A stretch of DNA of 64,000 nt from Octopus bimaculoides (GCF_001194135.2 NC_068985.1:82354924-82418923); one strand, 5' to 3'. Shown: positions 38,201-52,827, counted from the first letter of the stretch. Numbers and translations: made by a program. The notes: generated by a model not told the origin, from the sequence alone.

Positions 38201-41200
38201 CATCTTAACCATTCCTCTGAGTTCAAACCTTTTCCCATCATAGGATGTCAACTCTATGGAATTCCCTGCTTAGAAATACTCAAAATAGATATCAACCATA
38301 TTGGCCTTACCAGGATCAGAAAGCCTGCAAAGGTCATAGACACTGTCTTTTCCGCTTGACTTAATTTTTTTTTAAAATGCATCAACTTGTTACTCCCTTG
38401 CTGCTATTTTCTCTTTTTCACCAATGTACAGCTATTTAAATGGAATGTCAATTGTAATAACCTCATTCTTTTATCCCTATAAATCAATGTAAAAGTGCCC
38501 AGAAAGACTACTAATGAAATTAAATAATGAAAAACAAGCAATTGAAAAGTATTCCTATATATTTCTTTCTTTTCTTTCACAATTATTTTATATTAAAAGC
38601 TAACAGTAATTATCAAACATATTTTGTACATAAATCTTGGCTTTTAGCTGTTTCAGAAGAGACTGAGATCTACTTTACTGACATTAAGTAAATAAGTGAC
38701 TGTGAATCTTATCTGTATGACACAACTGCTTGGGATTCTGACATCTGGCGACTGGTCTGTTAATATCTTTTTAATGTAGCTTCTCAGAAGTTTATAATTT
38801 CTTCTGCAAATAGAATTTAATTAAAATATGTGCCATGAAATTTTATATATAAAGCTATTTACTTTCATAGGAAAATAAAATGCTCCTATTTCACTTCACA
38901 AATAAAATATGATAAGGGAGAGGTGTAAAATCACTGAAGTCATATTACCGACCAAATCTATAACTAGGATGTGGAAGATATAAAATTCTATTAACTGTCA
39001 GGAAATGTTATTCGACAAACCTAATGAGCAAATTGTCAAAAAAGAAATATTTCTATAAATATAAAATAAAATGACTCTTTTAATCAATGCTTATAAGTAG
39101 AAATATAAGAATTTCTTATTTAGAAAGTCTTGATTGAAATGGCAGATGAATATTTTATCTCTTATATCAAATCATTTCCAGAGATATAATTAAGGTATGA
39201 AAACAAAATAAACATTTGTGCTTTTTTTTAATTGTTAACAAATGTAATACATTGTAATTGTAGAAACTTTTTTATATATCCAGTTAATAACTGTTATTAT
39301 GAACTGCTTAATAAATCTAACTCATTTCCTTTCATATTACATGTAAGTTTAAACTGCAAGTAATAGATTTAAATCATACAGATCAATTTTAGATGAATGC
39401 CACCAATATTCATATTCCCATATGCCTAGCTACAAAAGAATGTATTTTAATAATTCTGTTTAAAAGCTAGTAAATATTTGTAAATTGATAAATTTTGTTT
39501 AATTATAATGTTCCAATAGATATATATATATATATGCATTTGGGTATGTATATCAGTTGTTCTGTTTGGTTGTATAGAATGTTTTGTATATTAGATAAGT
39601 ATTTCCATTTATATTTAATTAATTTGGTCTATTTTTAATATAAAATTCTGAAACCCATCATGAAATAACTTTTTAATCATAATTGAACTAATATTGCATA
39701 GACCAGCATTTACAAATGCTCATTAGAATGAGAATGCAATAAGAGTAAATTGGGATAAACAATTAGCGGACAAAAGTTATAGACCAATGAAGAAAAAATA
39801 TTGCTCCTTTACTTAGTTTCAATTAACATGACATGTTTAGAACATTTGCATATGACGACCTTTAAGCTAAATTTGGAAGCTTTTAAATTTATTAACTTGT
39901 AAGTCAGAAAATCAGTTTCAGAGACTACAAAATATTCAGTAAATATACACTAAAAAAAAATTGTTACTGTACAGAAAATCATAAGCTAACATTTGGATAA
40001 TGATGGGGAAAAGAACACAAGAAATAAAGACAAAAATAGACTAATTATAAAAACAAGCTGTATATTCATTTTCAGTTTATGTACACCTTAATAAAAACAA
40101 TTGCTGAGTTTTAAAACACTAGTTTGCATGTATGTTTTATTGTATACCTAATTAAGAAATTTTCCTTTAGTTAATATTAACGATCAGTTATTTAACGTAT
40201 AATTTTAATTTCTATAACTTTATAGAACTTGTAATGTTTTAGAATAACCCTTATTTTGTAAATTTCTTCATTAGACGTTGTTTGTAAGCTTTCTCTTTGT
40301 TGTGTCTTGAAAAAATATTTCTAAGCATAATCCACTTTATTGTGCATATATGTCAAGTTATATATAAGTTGACAATCTCATTGAAATAGTAACCATACCA
40401 TTCCAAGTTTATAAACCAATATTTACTTCATTTTTATATGCAATAAGTTAAATTGAAGTGGTAAAAGTTTCTCTTCTATCTATGTATCTCTGGATGTTAA
40501 ACTCTTGTGGATTAAATTCTGTTTTGAATAAATGAAATAACTGGTGAAATAACTAACTTGCTTAGTAAATTTAGTAATATAATGGTAGAAATAATATACT
40601 ATCCCTCTTCTGAGTAAGAAAATATTTCAGCTACAATCACTCAATGATTCTCTATCAAGCTTAAGCCAAACTAACTTTGGAATACACACATCTTAGACTG
40701 AAACAAACAGAAAGCTATTTGAATAATTGACAAAATCCATTTATCAACCATTGGGTCAGAGACTTGTTATTTCTTGTCTTTTCTACCCTCTTTGTAACAG
40801 CCCATGTTTCTCCAAATTAGCAAGCTGCATAATTCCTTCACTTGGGATCAATTTGAGCTCCTGTTGTTTGTCATCTGTTTGACCATCAGATTCCACACAA
40901 TATTATGCTTAAACACTTCTCTTCTGAGCAGATGCTCTGTGGAATTCCTTCCTTATCAAAACTTTTCCTGCAGACATGAATTATTGTCACATTGATATCA
41001 CTAACCTGGAAGTACCTGCAAAGGTAATGATCACTGCCTTTCCTCCTCTAAGTAGTGAAAAGATTGTGGTTTGTAACAATAACTCAAGAAATGAAGTTAT
41101 TAAAACCTTTTCATAATTTTATACAAGCGAGGTAATAAACTTTCAGTATCTCAAATTTGAAATACTGAATTCAATAAAATAATCATTATTCAATATTATA

Positions 41201-44200
41201 TCTATAGTTCATGCTTGATGGAAAGTGGTTTGGAAGTTATTTGCAAATTTAAGTGCTGTAGTTATAACTAGAGTACCTTTAAATTCTTCAGCAGTTACAG
41301 TTTTCAACCAAGCAAAACAACAGATACCAGAACAACTTTTATTTATCATAAATGAACAGCTAAGTTTTAAATATGATTTCAAGTTATAAGCACCAATCTT
41401 AGATAGACAATAAGCAACAGGCCCACTGATAAGACTCAGACTACATATTTATCACTTGCTGGGTGATGAGATAGAACAAATGCATTAGAGTGCCTGTCAT
41501 TCCCTCTACTCAAATTATGTATTTTAAATATTTTTTCTGCTATTTTTGACTGCATACACAATTATCTGACTTGATTGACAGATAATTCTAAATCACTGAC
41601 AAATCGTTGTGAAGCAACAGAGATACTTGTAGAGATAAAATAATTGTTAAAGTAGCCATATTTAATTTGAGAAGAAAGGAATGGCAAACTTCTGTAGTGT
41701 AAACAGTAATGTGATTGTCTAGTAAGTGAGAGATATGTAGTTCAAGTCCTTAGACTCTGTTGCTCTCAGGTTGGTGCTTATAGTAGATTCTAATAATCAG
41801 TTTAAAATTTTTGAATTGGCAAAACTACTCTTTTTGTGTGCAGTAAAAGAAATCCCAAGTTCTTTGCATACAGCTTTTTTTTTTTTTTTTAATCCCTTAT
41901 TGCTTTTTAGCAATATCTTTGGTTCAAATACTTTTATTCATTAGTAAAATAAGTTAACTACATAAATGAAACTATTCAGTTTTTAAAAATTTTTATTCAG
42001 TTGTTGATAACCAGTAAATTGTATGATTTGTCTCTCTCCTTTAATAAAGGAGTTTATCATACCAGCAGTTAAAAATATAAACAATGAAATAAGGAACATG
42101 CACAAAAAACTTCAGCTTCTATTAAATAAAGAAAATGTAAGAAAGTACTACACAGTATTTTATTGTTAGATATTAAAACCTATATCTCGATATTGTGTCT
42201 CATTAAATCTGATTGACAGCTTATTTAAATAGGCATTTTCTTGTCCTTGTCAGCTCATTTTTAAAATGATGACAAAACAATTTATTTTAGCAGTATTAAC
42301 ATAATATAAAAAAATCAAATTTCAGAAAATTACAAGTATTGTTCAACATTTTGTAAATTTAAAGTCATTTTTATTTCCTGATGTTTTCTAAGCAGTTGAG
42401 TCCTATATAATAAACCAGTCAATTTAAGATAAATAAAATGAAATTAAAAACAAATATGATGAACCAATTTAGAAATTATACCTAACTGAGCAATAAAAAT
42501 CATAAAAATAACTTATGAACTGAATGTCACACTAAATATACATAAAATGTAAAGAAATACCATTAGATATTTTATACAATTATGGGTTTTTCATAAGCAG
42601 AATATTTACATACAATAGCTGCATAAATGTTATCATTAAATTTTAATGTTATCTTTTGAAAGTATAAAATAGAAAGTATAAAATGAAAATAGCTCAGAAA
42701 AAATGCTTACATTTGTAGACAATATATCTCTAATTTTAAACCAATTAAATTATGCAGATGAAAGAAAATAGAATTCAAGTAGATATATCTTTAAATGAAA
42801 GCTTTTAACCTTTACAATCAAATGATTAATGATATCTACATGATGTTTGCATTGTATTTTAGCTTACAACTGCTTTTCATGTTATAATTTTTAAAAGCTA
42901 AAATGTTATCCGAGATAAAACTGATTTCAAGCTTTAATATGTCAATAATATACAAGATATCATATTAGATCACACTTAAAATTTAAATACAATGAGTTTA
43001 ATGTTGTACTGAAGATAGCAATATGTGGTAAATATACTAGCATTTCAATAGCTTCTCAATTGTTTAGAAATTTAATTGTGAATTTAGAAAACATTTGAAA
43101 TTCTATGCTCTTTGTATTTATTGATTTTCACTTGGACCTATATTAAATAGCCAACCTATTCAGAAACTACAATGAGCTTATTTTTTCCTCCCTTAGATTT
43201 TGATTGTAAGCTATGATAGAATAAAGCATTTGCAATCTTTCCAGACTAGTGAAAGTTGTCAAGTCCTACTGCAAATTAATTTAAGATAATTTACATTAAG
43301 TGCACAAAGAATAATTTATTTGATGTTTGCATAGCATTCTCTGACCCACTGGCTATAATTTTAAGTCCTCTATTAGATTAATGTATGATTTCTTCATCTT
43401 TTTGTTGTTTTTGGGTATTTCAGAATTATTTATTAGTTATATGTAAAATAAAATGAATTCATAAAATTCTTCAAATTTTTCTGTCATATTTCCAAATATA
43501 TTTATTAGAATTTTGGCAGCAGTTATAGATAGCAAAATCAGTCTTATTTGCTTCTTTATAACTTTGTATTCATATCACACAACTGGCTATTCAATACCTT
43601 TCCTTGAATGAAGAAACCCAGTGAAGGGAATTATTGCTTCTAATTTTGTATTTAATTGCAAAATTGAATTGCATAACGTTGGGGCTCTTCATGATGAGAC
43701 TGATTAGCGATAGTATTTCATTGAATCTGAATGTTCTTTAGTATTGTCTCATTAATAGTTTTGATATTGTGGAGAAAAAAATTTAAGATTGCTTGGAAAA
43801 AGCATTTAATTCCATCAATGTTATGTAAAAATACTTCAAAGCAAATTATTTTAATTAATTTAGCAATAGAATAATTGTCAATCAGTTCACTTTGTAATAT
43901 GAAGAAAATAGTCAAAATTGTTGCAGATCCCTATCTTGTATAAATTAGTTAAGATAAATAACACATGTCTTAATCAGTGTTTGAAAAACTAATTCAAATA
44001 TAACTTTAAAATCTTGGTAGTCTTTCCAAATGATAATGAAATATAGTCTCTAAAATGTAAATTTTTTATGTCTTGTACATAAGAAATGGAGTTTTTGCAA
44101 ATCAGCTTTCAATTCTGAATTAAGTACTTGTTAAATGACTATATTATAAAGAATAATAAATGAAAAATGAATATAGAATGCTAGGCTTACATAATATTGT

Positions 44201-45009
44201 TTTATATATGTTACATGTTGAGTAAGTGCTTTCATTCCAATGGAATGAGTTTGGACAAAGTTTAAAATGCGCATATCTTTGAAATGTTATCTGTTTTTGT
44301 TAATATTTGAGCTGCAAACTTTAAAACTTTAATGCAAAGCTAAAAGAAATAAATGGGTGTTTGAAATTTGTTTATCAAAGGATATTGAGTTTAAATACAG
44401 ATCTGTAAATAAGCCATTTAAGTTATGTTACTTAATACACCATCCTGGGCATTATTGTAACCTATTATTAAGTTTTGATACTCAAATGGTAAATACACAT
44501 ATAGTATGGCAATAAATTCTTTGCAACTCAGTTAATGTCCCTGTGTTAAATTTTTGTAAAGGATCAATTATGTTGTTAAAGCTATGGGAAAAGGATGAAT
44601 GTTAGAATTTCCTATCTTCTTTCTCCTAAAATCTCTGACTTCATACAAAAAATTATTAACCAAACATTCCATGAATGAAAGGCAATAATGCTAATGTTTG
44701 GTTGATAGAATTAATCAACAAAGATGTTTAACATTGTGTTTTCAAAAAGTTGACCAATATGATTTTATTTAATATTTTGATTATAAAGTCATTTTACTAT
44801 TTAAGAATATTTATTCCCATTAATAGTATAAGCTATATCTATTCTTTATGTGAAATGAAACTTTCAGTTTATGTAAGAATGGAAGAAAATTTCATTAATA
44901 AAAGATTGTTTTGGCTTAAATATACTAACTTTACTGGAGTAGAAAAAGAATTAGATATCATAGCAACATTCCAAAATTATTTTATATATATTTTTTTCTT
45001 ATATTAGAC

Positions 45010-45335
45010 ATTGGGCTGCAGCCATGCTGAGGTTCTGTCTTCAAGAATTTTCTAGTTGAGTGAATCAACCTCAGTACTTATTTGCTGAAATACTTAGTTA
45101 CAGGGATGTAAACAAATCAACACCAGTTGTCAAGTGTTATTGGGTGTCAAACATGGACACACACACACACACTCGTGTGTGCACATGATGGGCTTCTTCC
45201 AGTTTCCATTTCCAAAATCCACTCGAGGCTTTGGTCGGCCTGAGTCTGTAGTAGAAAAACTTGCCCAAGGTGTCATTCAGTAGTACTGAACCTAGAACTA
45301 TGTGTTGGGAAGCAAGCTTCTTACCACACAGCCTC
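45010..45335 (-). mobile_element. SINE family A
   Basis: Reverse complement begins GGCTGTGTGGTAAGAAGCTTGCTTCCCAACAC and runs to the CAGCATGGCTGCAG tail. Confidence 0.85.
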
Positions 45336-45632
45336 ACCTACATCTGTATTGCAACAATTTAAAAATAATTTCAGAATAATGCATTTATTTTTACCTATAG
45401 GACCTTAAACTTGAGTAAAAATAATGTACTTAACATAGAATTCTCAATATAAAAGAAATACACTGGTTATATAAATTTTCAGGTGTTGAATTATTGCTTA
45501 AGCAAGTTTCTAAGATGATACCATTTATGATAATGCTGTATAAAATAACAGACAAGCAAGCAAACAAGCAATCACAGAGTTTTAGTAGTTTGTGTGTGTG
45601 TATGTATGTGTTTATATATATATATATATATA

Positions 45633-45870
45633 GGCATTAGCATGGCTGTGTGGGGAGAAGCTTTCTTTCAACCACATGAATCCGTGTTCAGTCCCAGTGC
45701 ATAGCACCTTGGGCAAGTGTCTTCTAATATAGCTTTGTGAATGTATCTGGTAGACAGAAACTGAAAGCAGCTCATCATGTGTGTGTGTTTTTGTCCTTGT
45801 CCACCACTATTGCTTGACAACTGGTGTTGGTGTGTTTACATCCCTGTATCTTAGCAGTTTGGCAAAAAGG
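45633..45870 (+). mobile_element. SINE family A, 3' truncated
   Basis: GCATGGCTGTGTGGGGAGAAGCTTTCTTTCAACCACATG..GGTAGACAGAAACTGAAAG. Confidence 0.8.
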
Positions 45871-46534
45871 ATTTATTCAACCATTTAATGACAGTAATAT
45901 AGTGAAAGAAAATTTGATAAATGTGAAGTTGTATAAAATGCTTGAAAATAAGATGAACATGACTAATTGTAAGTTGGTTGTCAATGTCTTAAAAAAACGA
46001 CAGTAATTTTGCTATTCAAGGCTTTCTTTTGAAAGATAGTTATAAGAATAAACTCTTGTTGGACTCTGTATGTTTTTGTGGACTCTTATTTGTTGTTGGT
46101 CAGAAAAACTCATCAAGTGAGTTGGCAATCAGAGATGCATATTAGTTTTTGTGGCATGCTATTGAGCATGCACACCTTTTGGATTCTGGACCATAAGAAT
46201 GGTGTAATTGATAGTGGGAGTATTCAGTTTCTGTTTTGCTTTCTCTATCTTGTTGATGGATTGTTTTAGTATAGTAGTTGTGAGAATGTGGTGCCATTTT
46301 CATAATTTCAGATCTTATTTCAGCTATTAAACTGTAACCCCAGAAGAAGTAAACGATATACTTAATTCTTCTTATTTCTATTTGTATGACTGTGTAATGA
46401 AAAGATTAGCAAAAAGAAAACCTTTATTACTGTTGTATAATGACTTAACTGCAAAGACAATTGCTCTACAAATAAACCATCTTACTTTTACAAACGCATT
46501 GAGAAATGCAATTGAAGTTGTTGGAAATGTAGTC

Positions 46535-46770
46535 ATCATCATCATCATCATCGTCATCATCATCGTTTAATGTCCGCTTCCCATGCTAGCATGGGTTGGA
46601 CGATTTGACTGAGGACTGGTGAAACCGGATGGCAACACCAGGCTCCAATCTAATTTGGCAGAGTTTCTACAGCTGGATACCCTTCCTAATGCCAACCACT
46701 CAGAGAGTGTAGTGGGTGCTTTTTCGTGTCACCCGCACGAAGGCCAGTCAGGCGGTACTGGCAACGAAGA
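46535..46770 (-). mobile_element. SINE family C 3' part with (GAT)n tail, CpG-intact (probably young)
   Basis: (CAT)n followed by CGTTTAATGTCCGCTTCCCATGCTAGCATGGG..TTTCTACAGCTGGATACCCTTCCTAATGCCAACCAC. Confidence 0.75.
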
Positions 46771-49700
46771 TATATCCGTCTTCATGTTGGATGATTTTTT
46801 TTTTTTTACATATTAGAAATCAAAAAGCATAGTATTCAAAATGTAATTTTGTTGCAGTTGCTGTAAGTATTGAAGGCAAGATCTATTGACTGAGGAAAAA
46901 TTGTATTCAGAATGATTTGCTGAAAGGGGATATCAACAATGATGTCAACAAATAAATGTATCAGTACATTTATTTATACAAATAATCATAAAAATGTATG
47001 TTGTGACTTACAACTTTTCTAACTTGATTGGGAGCCAAGCTTTGATGGGATGGTGGGTCCCATGAATCATTGGAACATAACAGATAACATCATCTTTATA
47101 GAAGTGCATGCAAAGTCAGTGATTTAAGTTCATTCTGCAGTTTAATGAGAATCATGTTAATGCTATTGTTACTTATTGTAGGTAATCCAAACTTCACTTA
47201 TTTACAGTGAATGGATTGAATTAACAAATGTTAAGTGTATTTTGGTTGATAGGATGACAAAAGCTCTAAATCCAGGTTTTTGAATTTTGAAATTCTAATG
47301 TAAATTTAAAATGAATATATAAATAATTTTAGCTCTGATTATTATCATGGAAACTTATTTGGAATGATAAATAATGGTGTTAATATTGAACCCAATCTTA
47401 AAATATACATAGATTTTAAAATATATTATATATTTAATTTCTAATTCTAATTGTTTGACTAGGACCATATCATTTCATAGTTTTAATTTTAAAATAGATT
47501 CTTAGTACTGCCAAAATTAATTTATAACGCATTATTATATTCAGAAATGTAAATTCTGTTTGATAAATTATTTATCAAACAAATTTTTAAAAATAAAATG
47601 GCTAAAACATATATAAGAAATTTGCCACAGTGACAGTAAATTTCTTATATACCATTGAGATATTTCATTAAAATAGTTTGATTACTAAGAATTCTGCAGA
47701 ATTGAAAATGATATACAAGTAGAAAATATTTTCAACTATTTTTGCATGTAATTAAATACTTGTCTGGACTATTATTTCTTCATTATTGTTCAGATCATTA
47801 TTCTTTTTTAATTCTATTTTATTTTTTTCCATGATTTTATGAAAGCACATTATGTTTGTATTAAGACGTTATTGAGTATCACAGTATCTCTTTCTAAATC
47901 ATTTATTTACATCAACAACTCAAAATATAATGTTTTAATAAAGTTTACAGATTGCATGTTGACCAGTCTTTTGGACATATTTGCTATCAGTGCCTATTTT
48001 ATTGACCAGATATTTGAGATCCTATATCATCTTAGGTAAGATTCAAACTGATGAATACAAACCAGTCAATATTTACTATATTTAGCAAATTGACCATGTT
48101 TCTGAATATATAATAGTTCTATAATTTATTAGCTGCATCATAACATTTATCAAATTTCAGCACAAGACTAGACACTTGATATTTTGTTCCATGAAATGTC
48201 CATTTCCCTTTTCTAACAAGCTATATGGTATTGAATGGAAAATTGTAAAAGAAGGTTGAGTGTACTTTCTCTAATTTTAATCTTGCAACAAACAGTTGCA
48301 TATAAAATGCACTCATGTTAATAAAAGCACACACATAATACAAACCAAATAGTATTCTAATTGTTCAATCAGCTGAAACTGCCTACTCTTTGAATTTGTG
48401 ACTGAGTATTTTACAGGTATGTGAACGCTTATCATACTCATTAGGTTGTGCAATACTGTGTATGACAAATTGGACCTCTGAATTACAGGAATAGTCTAGC
48501 TAATGCACATTTACCCTTAGTGTCTGTCTACTGTAAAAATCACTTAAGATTCCACACATGAGAATGTGTGGCACCTTAAGTGAAAGGTTTTATAACTTGT
48601 AATTTTTTCTCAGTTTTAATTATCAAACCAAGAATGAAACATTTTTGATCTATCACCAAATTAAAATGTTTAGTGAGGAAATGTTTCTATTTTCTCATAA
48701 CTTCTGCACTTGCAGTAGCTTTTTTTTTTTTTTTTTTAGCAATTTGATAAAAAAAGACTTATTATTTTCGGACTGTAAGAAGAAACAGAAAAGCACCGCT
48801 CTAATACCTTGTAACAATGTTCTAGTAATAGTTTCATTAAATATACCTTTTAATATAATTTTTGCATCTTATAGCATCTTCAGATAAGGGGGAATATGTA
48901 CTGGCTAATGGCATACTTTTTTCAAGGATAAAGAAGGGATACATTTGCTATATGCAAATGTATTTCTTTAGTATTTTAAAATATAGATAACTTTAGTACC
49001 TATAGATAATATAGATAATATACATAGCTAAATAGTTCATCAAAAGGTTGAAGATATTTTAGATCAGGACATAATTCTTACGTGAAATTATTTAACTTAA
49101 GAACTTAATAGATGTTAAATCATATTGATATTGTACTCTGATTGTTCTTGAGTCTATGAGCATTACAAAATGTATTACTGCTTCCACAAACTGTCAATGA
49201 ATATAGTAATAAAAAATAATTTAAAAGGTTCTCATTCATATATGGATTATTTTACCTGATAATAATCCATATTTCTAATGCTCGAAGGCACTCAAGGAGA
49301 TTGATATATTCCCCCAGCTGATTGGAAAGATATGCATGGTCTTTCCACTGGTAGTATGCTGATTTGAAAGTACTACTTACATTGGTTTTGCAGCAATATT
49401 TGTCTCTGGTTATATCATTGAGAAGCTTATTTGTGCAGGGAACTAAATAAGCATCACGTGAAATGGTTAATAGTTTGAGAGAAATCTAATACAAGTTTTG
49501 TCTTCCCAGAACTGTTGGTAACAATCAAAACCTGCACATACCATTGTGAATTACTAGGTTTGATATCTTCTCATGAAAGTTTTAAAAATTTGGATTCTGT
49601 AAATCTTTTTACATTGTATCAGCAAGATTTGGTTTAGTGATTTTTTTTTCTCAACAGGTGTAATGTGTTTTCCAATCACTGAGAGTTAAGATCACAAACT

Positions 49701-51566
49701 GAAAAGAATATGTAACTATAATTTCTTTATGTACTTCCACAAGAATGGTATATTGGGAATTACATCAGCTCTAACTGGAAGAATAGAAACTTTTACACTT
49801 TTATATAATCTAATGTATCTTTGAAAAATATAGTTTCCATTTAGTTTTGCTGCTAGTTTGGAATTAACTATGGACCCTGTGCCCATTTAGATATATTTCC
49901 TACTAAGTTGATTAGCTAATTTTCATGGAAGAAATTTTCAGATTCTGTATGAGAATTTGAACTAACTTGTCAGTAACTATCATCACCATTATTATACAAG
50001 TGGTTGAACATTTATATGCAAGAGAAAAAGATTCAGAATAAACATCTGAAGAAGCTTTGGGATAGAAGAGATTCTACTGCCAGACTGGCTTCCAATAGTC
50101 TAGTGTACTAACTTTTAACACTGTTGATAAACATCAATTTTAGCTGGTATTAGGACATGAAGATGAATATTTAAGTTGGCAAAAAGAAAGTACTTTCTAT
50201 AAGTTTTTAGATTTAATGTGGAAGATTGTTTAAATTAATCATTTAAACTTTCCTTGATATAATATCTCACAGATGTAGAAAACATTTGATGCAATTTTGC
50301 TTTAGAGTCAGCTTGTTCTAATGATCTTACCTGTCACCACTCAGTATTAAAGTTTTATACTCTGATAGTCTGGTCCTGTTAATGTGTGAATGTATTCTAG
50401 GTATAAAATAATTTCTTGTATTTGATGATTTATTTTCTTTATCTGTTATCCATTTAAAAATAGCGATTATGAACAAATATAATTTTTTCTGAAAAACTTT
50501 ATCCATGTTTTTGTTGAGCTTTTTAAATTGTGCAGACAGAAGTTATCTCCTGTATGTTTTACTCAGTGGCTTCCCACAAGTTTCTAGCCATGTTAAGACA
50601 TTTTCAAAAGTTGAAGGATGACGCAAAAACAAAGGCTCTAGACTGTTAGGGTTATGGTTGGAAAAGATTGTTGGGAAATATTTGATTTTCCTTATCCATA
50701 ACTTTAATATCTTACCATATTGCAGAGAGTCTGTTGGAATGCTAAATTTGTTTGGTCTTTTTCTTTTCTTCAATGATAGATAACCTTTAAATTGTTGTGA
50801 TATAGTTCCTTTAATCGGTTTAAAAGGGACTTATACTATCAGCTGTAGTTTATATGGTACTGGATGATGACGTAAGGAACATCATTACTTTTATAAACAA
50901 ATAACTCTTATTGTCACTTCAGTAAGCAATTTAAATTTGATTGGAGTATTTTAAGAATCCTTATATATGAGAAACTGTACTGAAATAGTGTTTGTATTGA
51001 AAGTGGAGTTTGTATTTACAACTATTATTAGCAATGCAATTTCAATTGCTTTTTCTTTGACCTGTTTTGTTTAGGTGTCAGAAAAAGTTAGTTGAAATTT
51101 ATCCTTGTAAATTGAATCTTTTGAATGGTTGAGTGATTGATATTGACAAAAGTTATTTGAATTCATCATGCTAGATTGTTTCTTTTTCAAATAATTGAGT
51201 GTGACATTATGTTTGTGTTTATATATATTTTTGATAAAGTAATTATGTTTCTTGAATAAAAGTCATCATTGTCATCCTCATTGGTGCTCTTTAGCATTTG
51301 ATTTTACTTGGTTGGGGAATTCCCTCTTGCTTTAATCCTGATCTATCTTAAGGAGCACAATCCTCTCATCATGCTTGGTAATTCTTTTGATTGATTGTAC
51401 AAAGTTTCTCATGTTCTACATCACTAATTTATAGCACTTTCACAAAAATAATTTTTAAGCAACTACCATGTTGGAGAAAATTTCATTTCTTATTTGGAAT
51501 TAGAATGTTTGACTCAGCTGATCTAAAAAAAAAATGTTTTTGATAGAATTTGAAATTTGAGAGAGA

Positions 51567-52827
51567 TAGGGCTGGACAAAATAATGGAAACACCTTAAAA
51601 TTTCAAACAAATTAATTTTAATATGGGGTAGGACTGCCTTTGGCAGTAATTACAGCTTAAATTCTATGAGGTATGGACTTGTACAAAGTTTGAGTTGTTT
51701 CCAAAGGAATTTTTGTCCATTCTTCAGCTAAAACAATCTCTAGTTCTTGTAGTGATAATGGTGGAGGATATTGACTCCTTACTTGTTTTTCTAAAATGCA
51801 CCATAAATGTTCAATAATATTGAGATCTGGGGACTGTGGTGGCCAGATAAGATGTCCAACTTCGCTAGAATGTTCCTTGTGCCATTCAGTAACAATTTTA
51901 GCTGTGTGAATTGGTGCATTATCATCCTGAAAGATTGCGTTTCTCTCTGGAAACAGTTTTGCAACCATAGGATGAATTTGATCAGATAAAATGCTTAAAT
52001 AGTCTTGACTATTAATTCTGCCATGAAGCGAAACCATTTGGCCGGCGGATTTCTAAGATATAGCCCCCCCACCCAGATCCTGCTCCATGTTTAACAGTTG
52101 GAAGAAGGCAGTCTGGGTCAAATGCTTCTTTTGGCTATGTCCACACATATATTTGCCCAGTGGTTGGAAATAAGGTAAAGGATGACTTGTCCAAGAAAAT
52201 AACATTCTTCCTCTAAGAACCAATTCTGTAGGTTTTTACTCCACTCTAAATGCTTTGCAATGTTTGTTTTCATAGGTAGTGGTTTTTCTGATTGCAGTCT
52301 TCCCATGAAATCCGACTTTGTGCAGCTCTTGGTGAACAGTTTTGTGGAAATTGGGTTCTTGAGGTTGTCATTAAGCTCTGCAGTAATTTTGAGAGTTGTA
52401 CTTTTGTGATCCTTTCTAACAATTCGCGTAAGAGTCTGACAGTCTGTATCTGAACGTTTTGGTTTTTATTCCGGAGTTTTATTTCGAGGAGGTTTTTCCC
52501 TCTTTCTCAAAGGCTGTCATCACTTTCAAGACAGTACTTCTTGATACATCAAACATTTCGGTTGTTTTCGTTATGCTACCACCTGCATACGAGCACCAAC
52601 AATTTGATCTCTTTGAAAGTCTGATAGATCTGGCATTTTAATGAATTTTAATTACCTTTTTCTGATGATATATGAAAAGAAACAGCAATTTTCGCAAAAC
52701 ATACTAAACAACACTAATAATAAATAAAAAAAAACATAAAAATAAACAAGCTTTTAAAGGTTTTATAGATATTTCAAAATTATGATGCTATGATGCTAGG
52801 TGTTTCCACTATTTTGTCAAACCCCTG
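51567..52827 (-). mobile_element. Near full-length Tc1-type DNA transposon with DD36E spacing, inactivated; CDS remnant 52636-51657
   Basis: ~28-bp TIRs: TAGGGCTGGACAAAATAATGGAAACACC and revcomp CAGGGGTTTGACAAAATAGTGGAAACACC, with TA at the right flank. Motifs MPDLSDFQRDQIVGAR, VIFLDKSSFTL and QDDNAPIH..WPPQSPDLNIIEHLW. Confidence 0.92.

Noticed and set aside
40801-41024. Exon-like segment with good acceptor and AAG|GTAATG donor
   Set aside because: No frame stays open through to the donor; probably decayed repeat sequence.
43691-43730. C/D-box snoRNA candidate (ATGATGA...CTGA)
   Set aside because: Only 40 nt from box C to box D, too short for guide regions, with no convincing terminal stem.
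47951-48035. 85-nt candidate exon with CTTAG|GTAAGA donor
   Set aside because: Weak acceptor tract and no recognisable homology.
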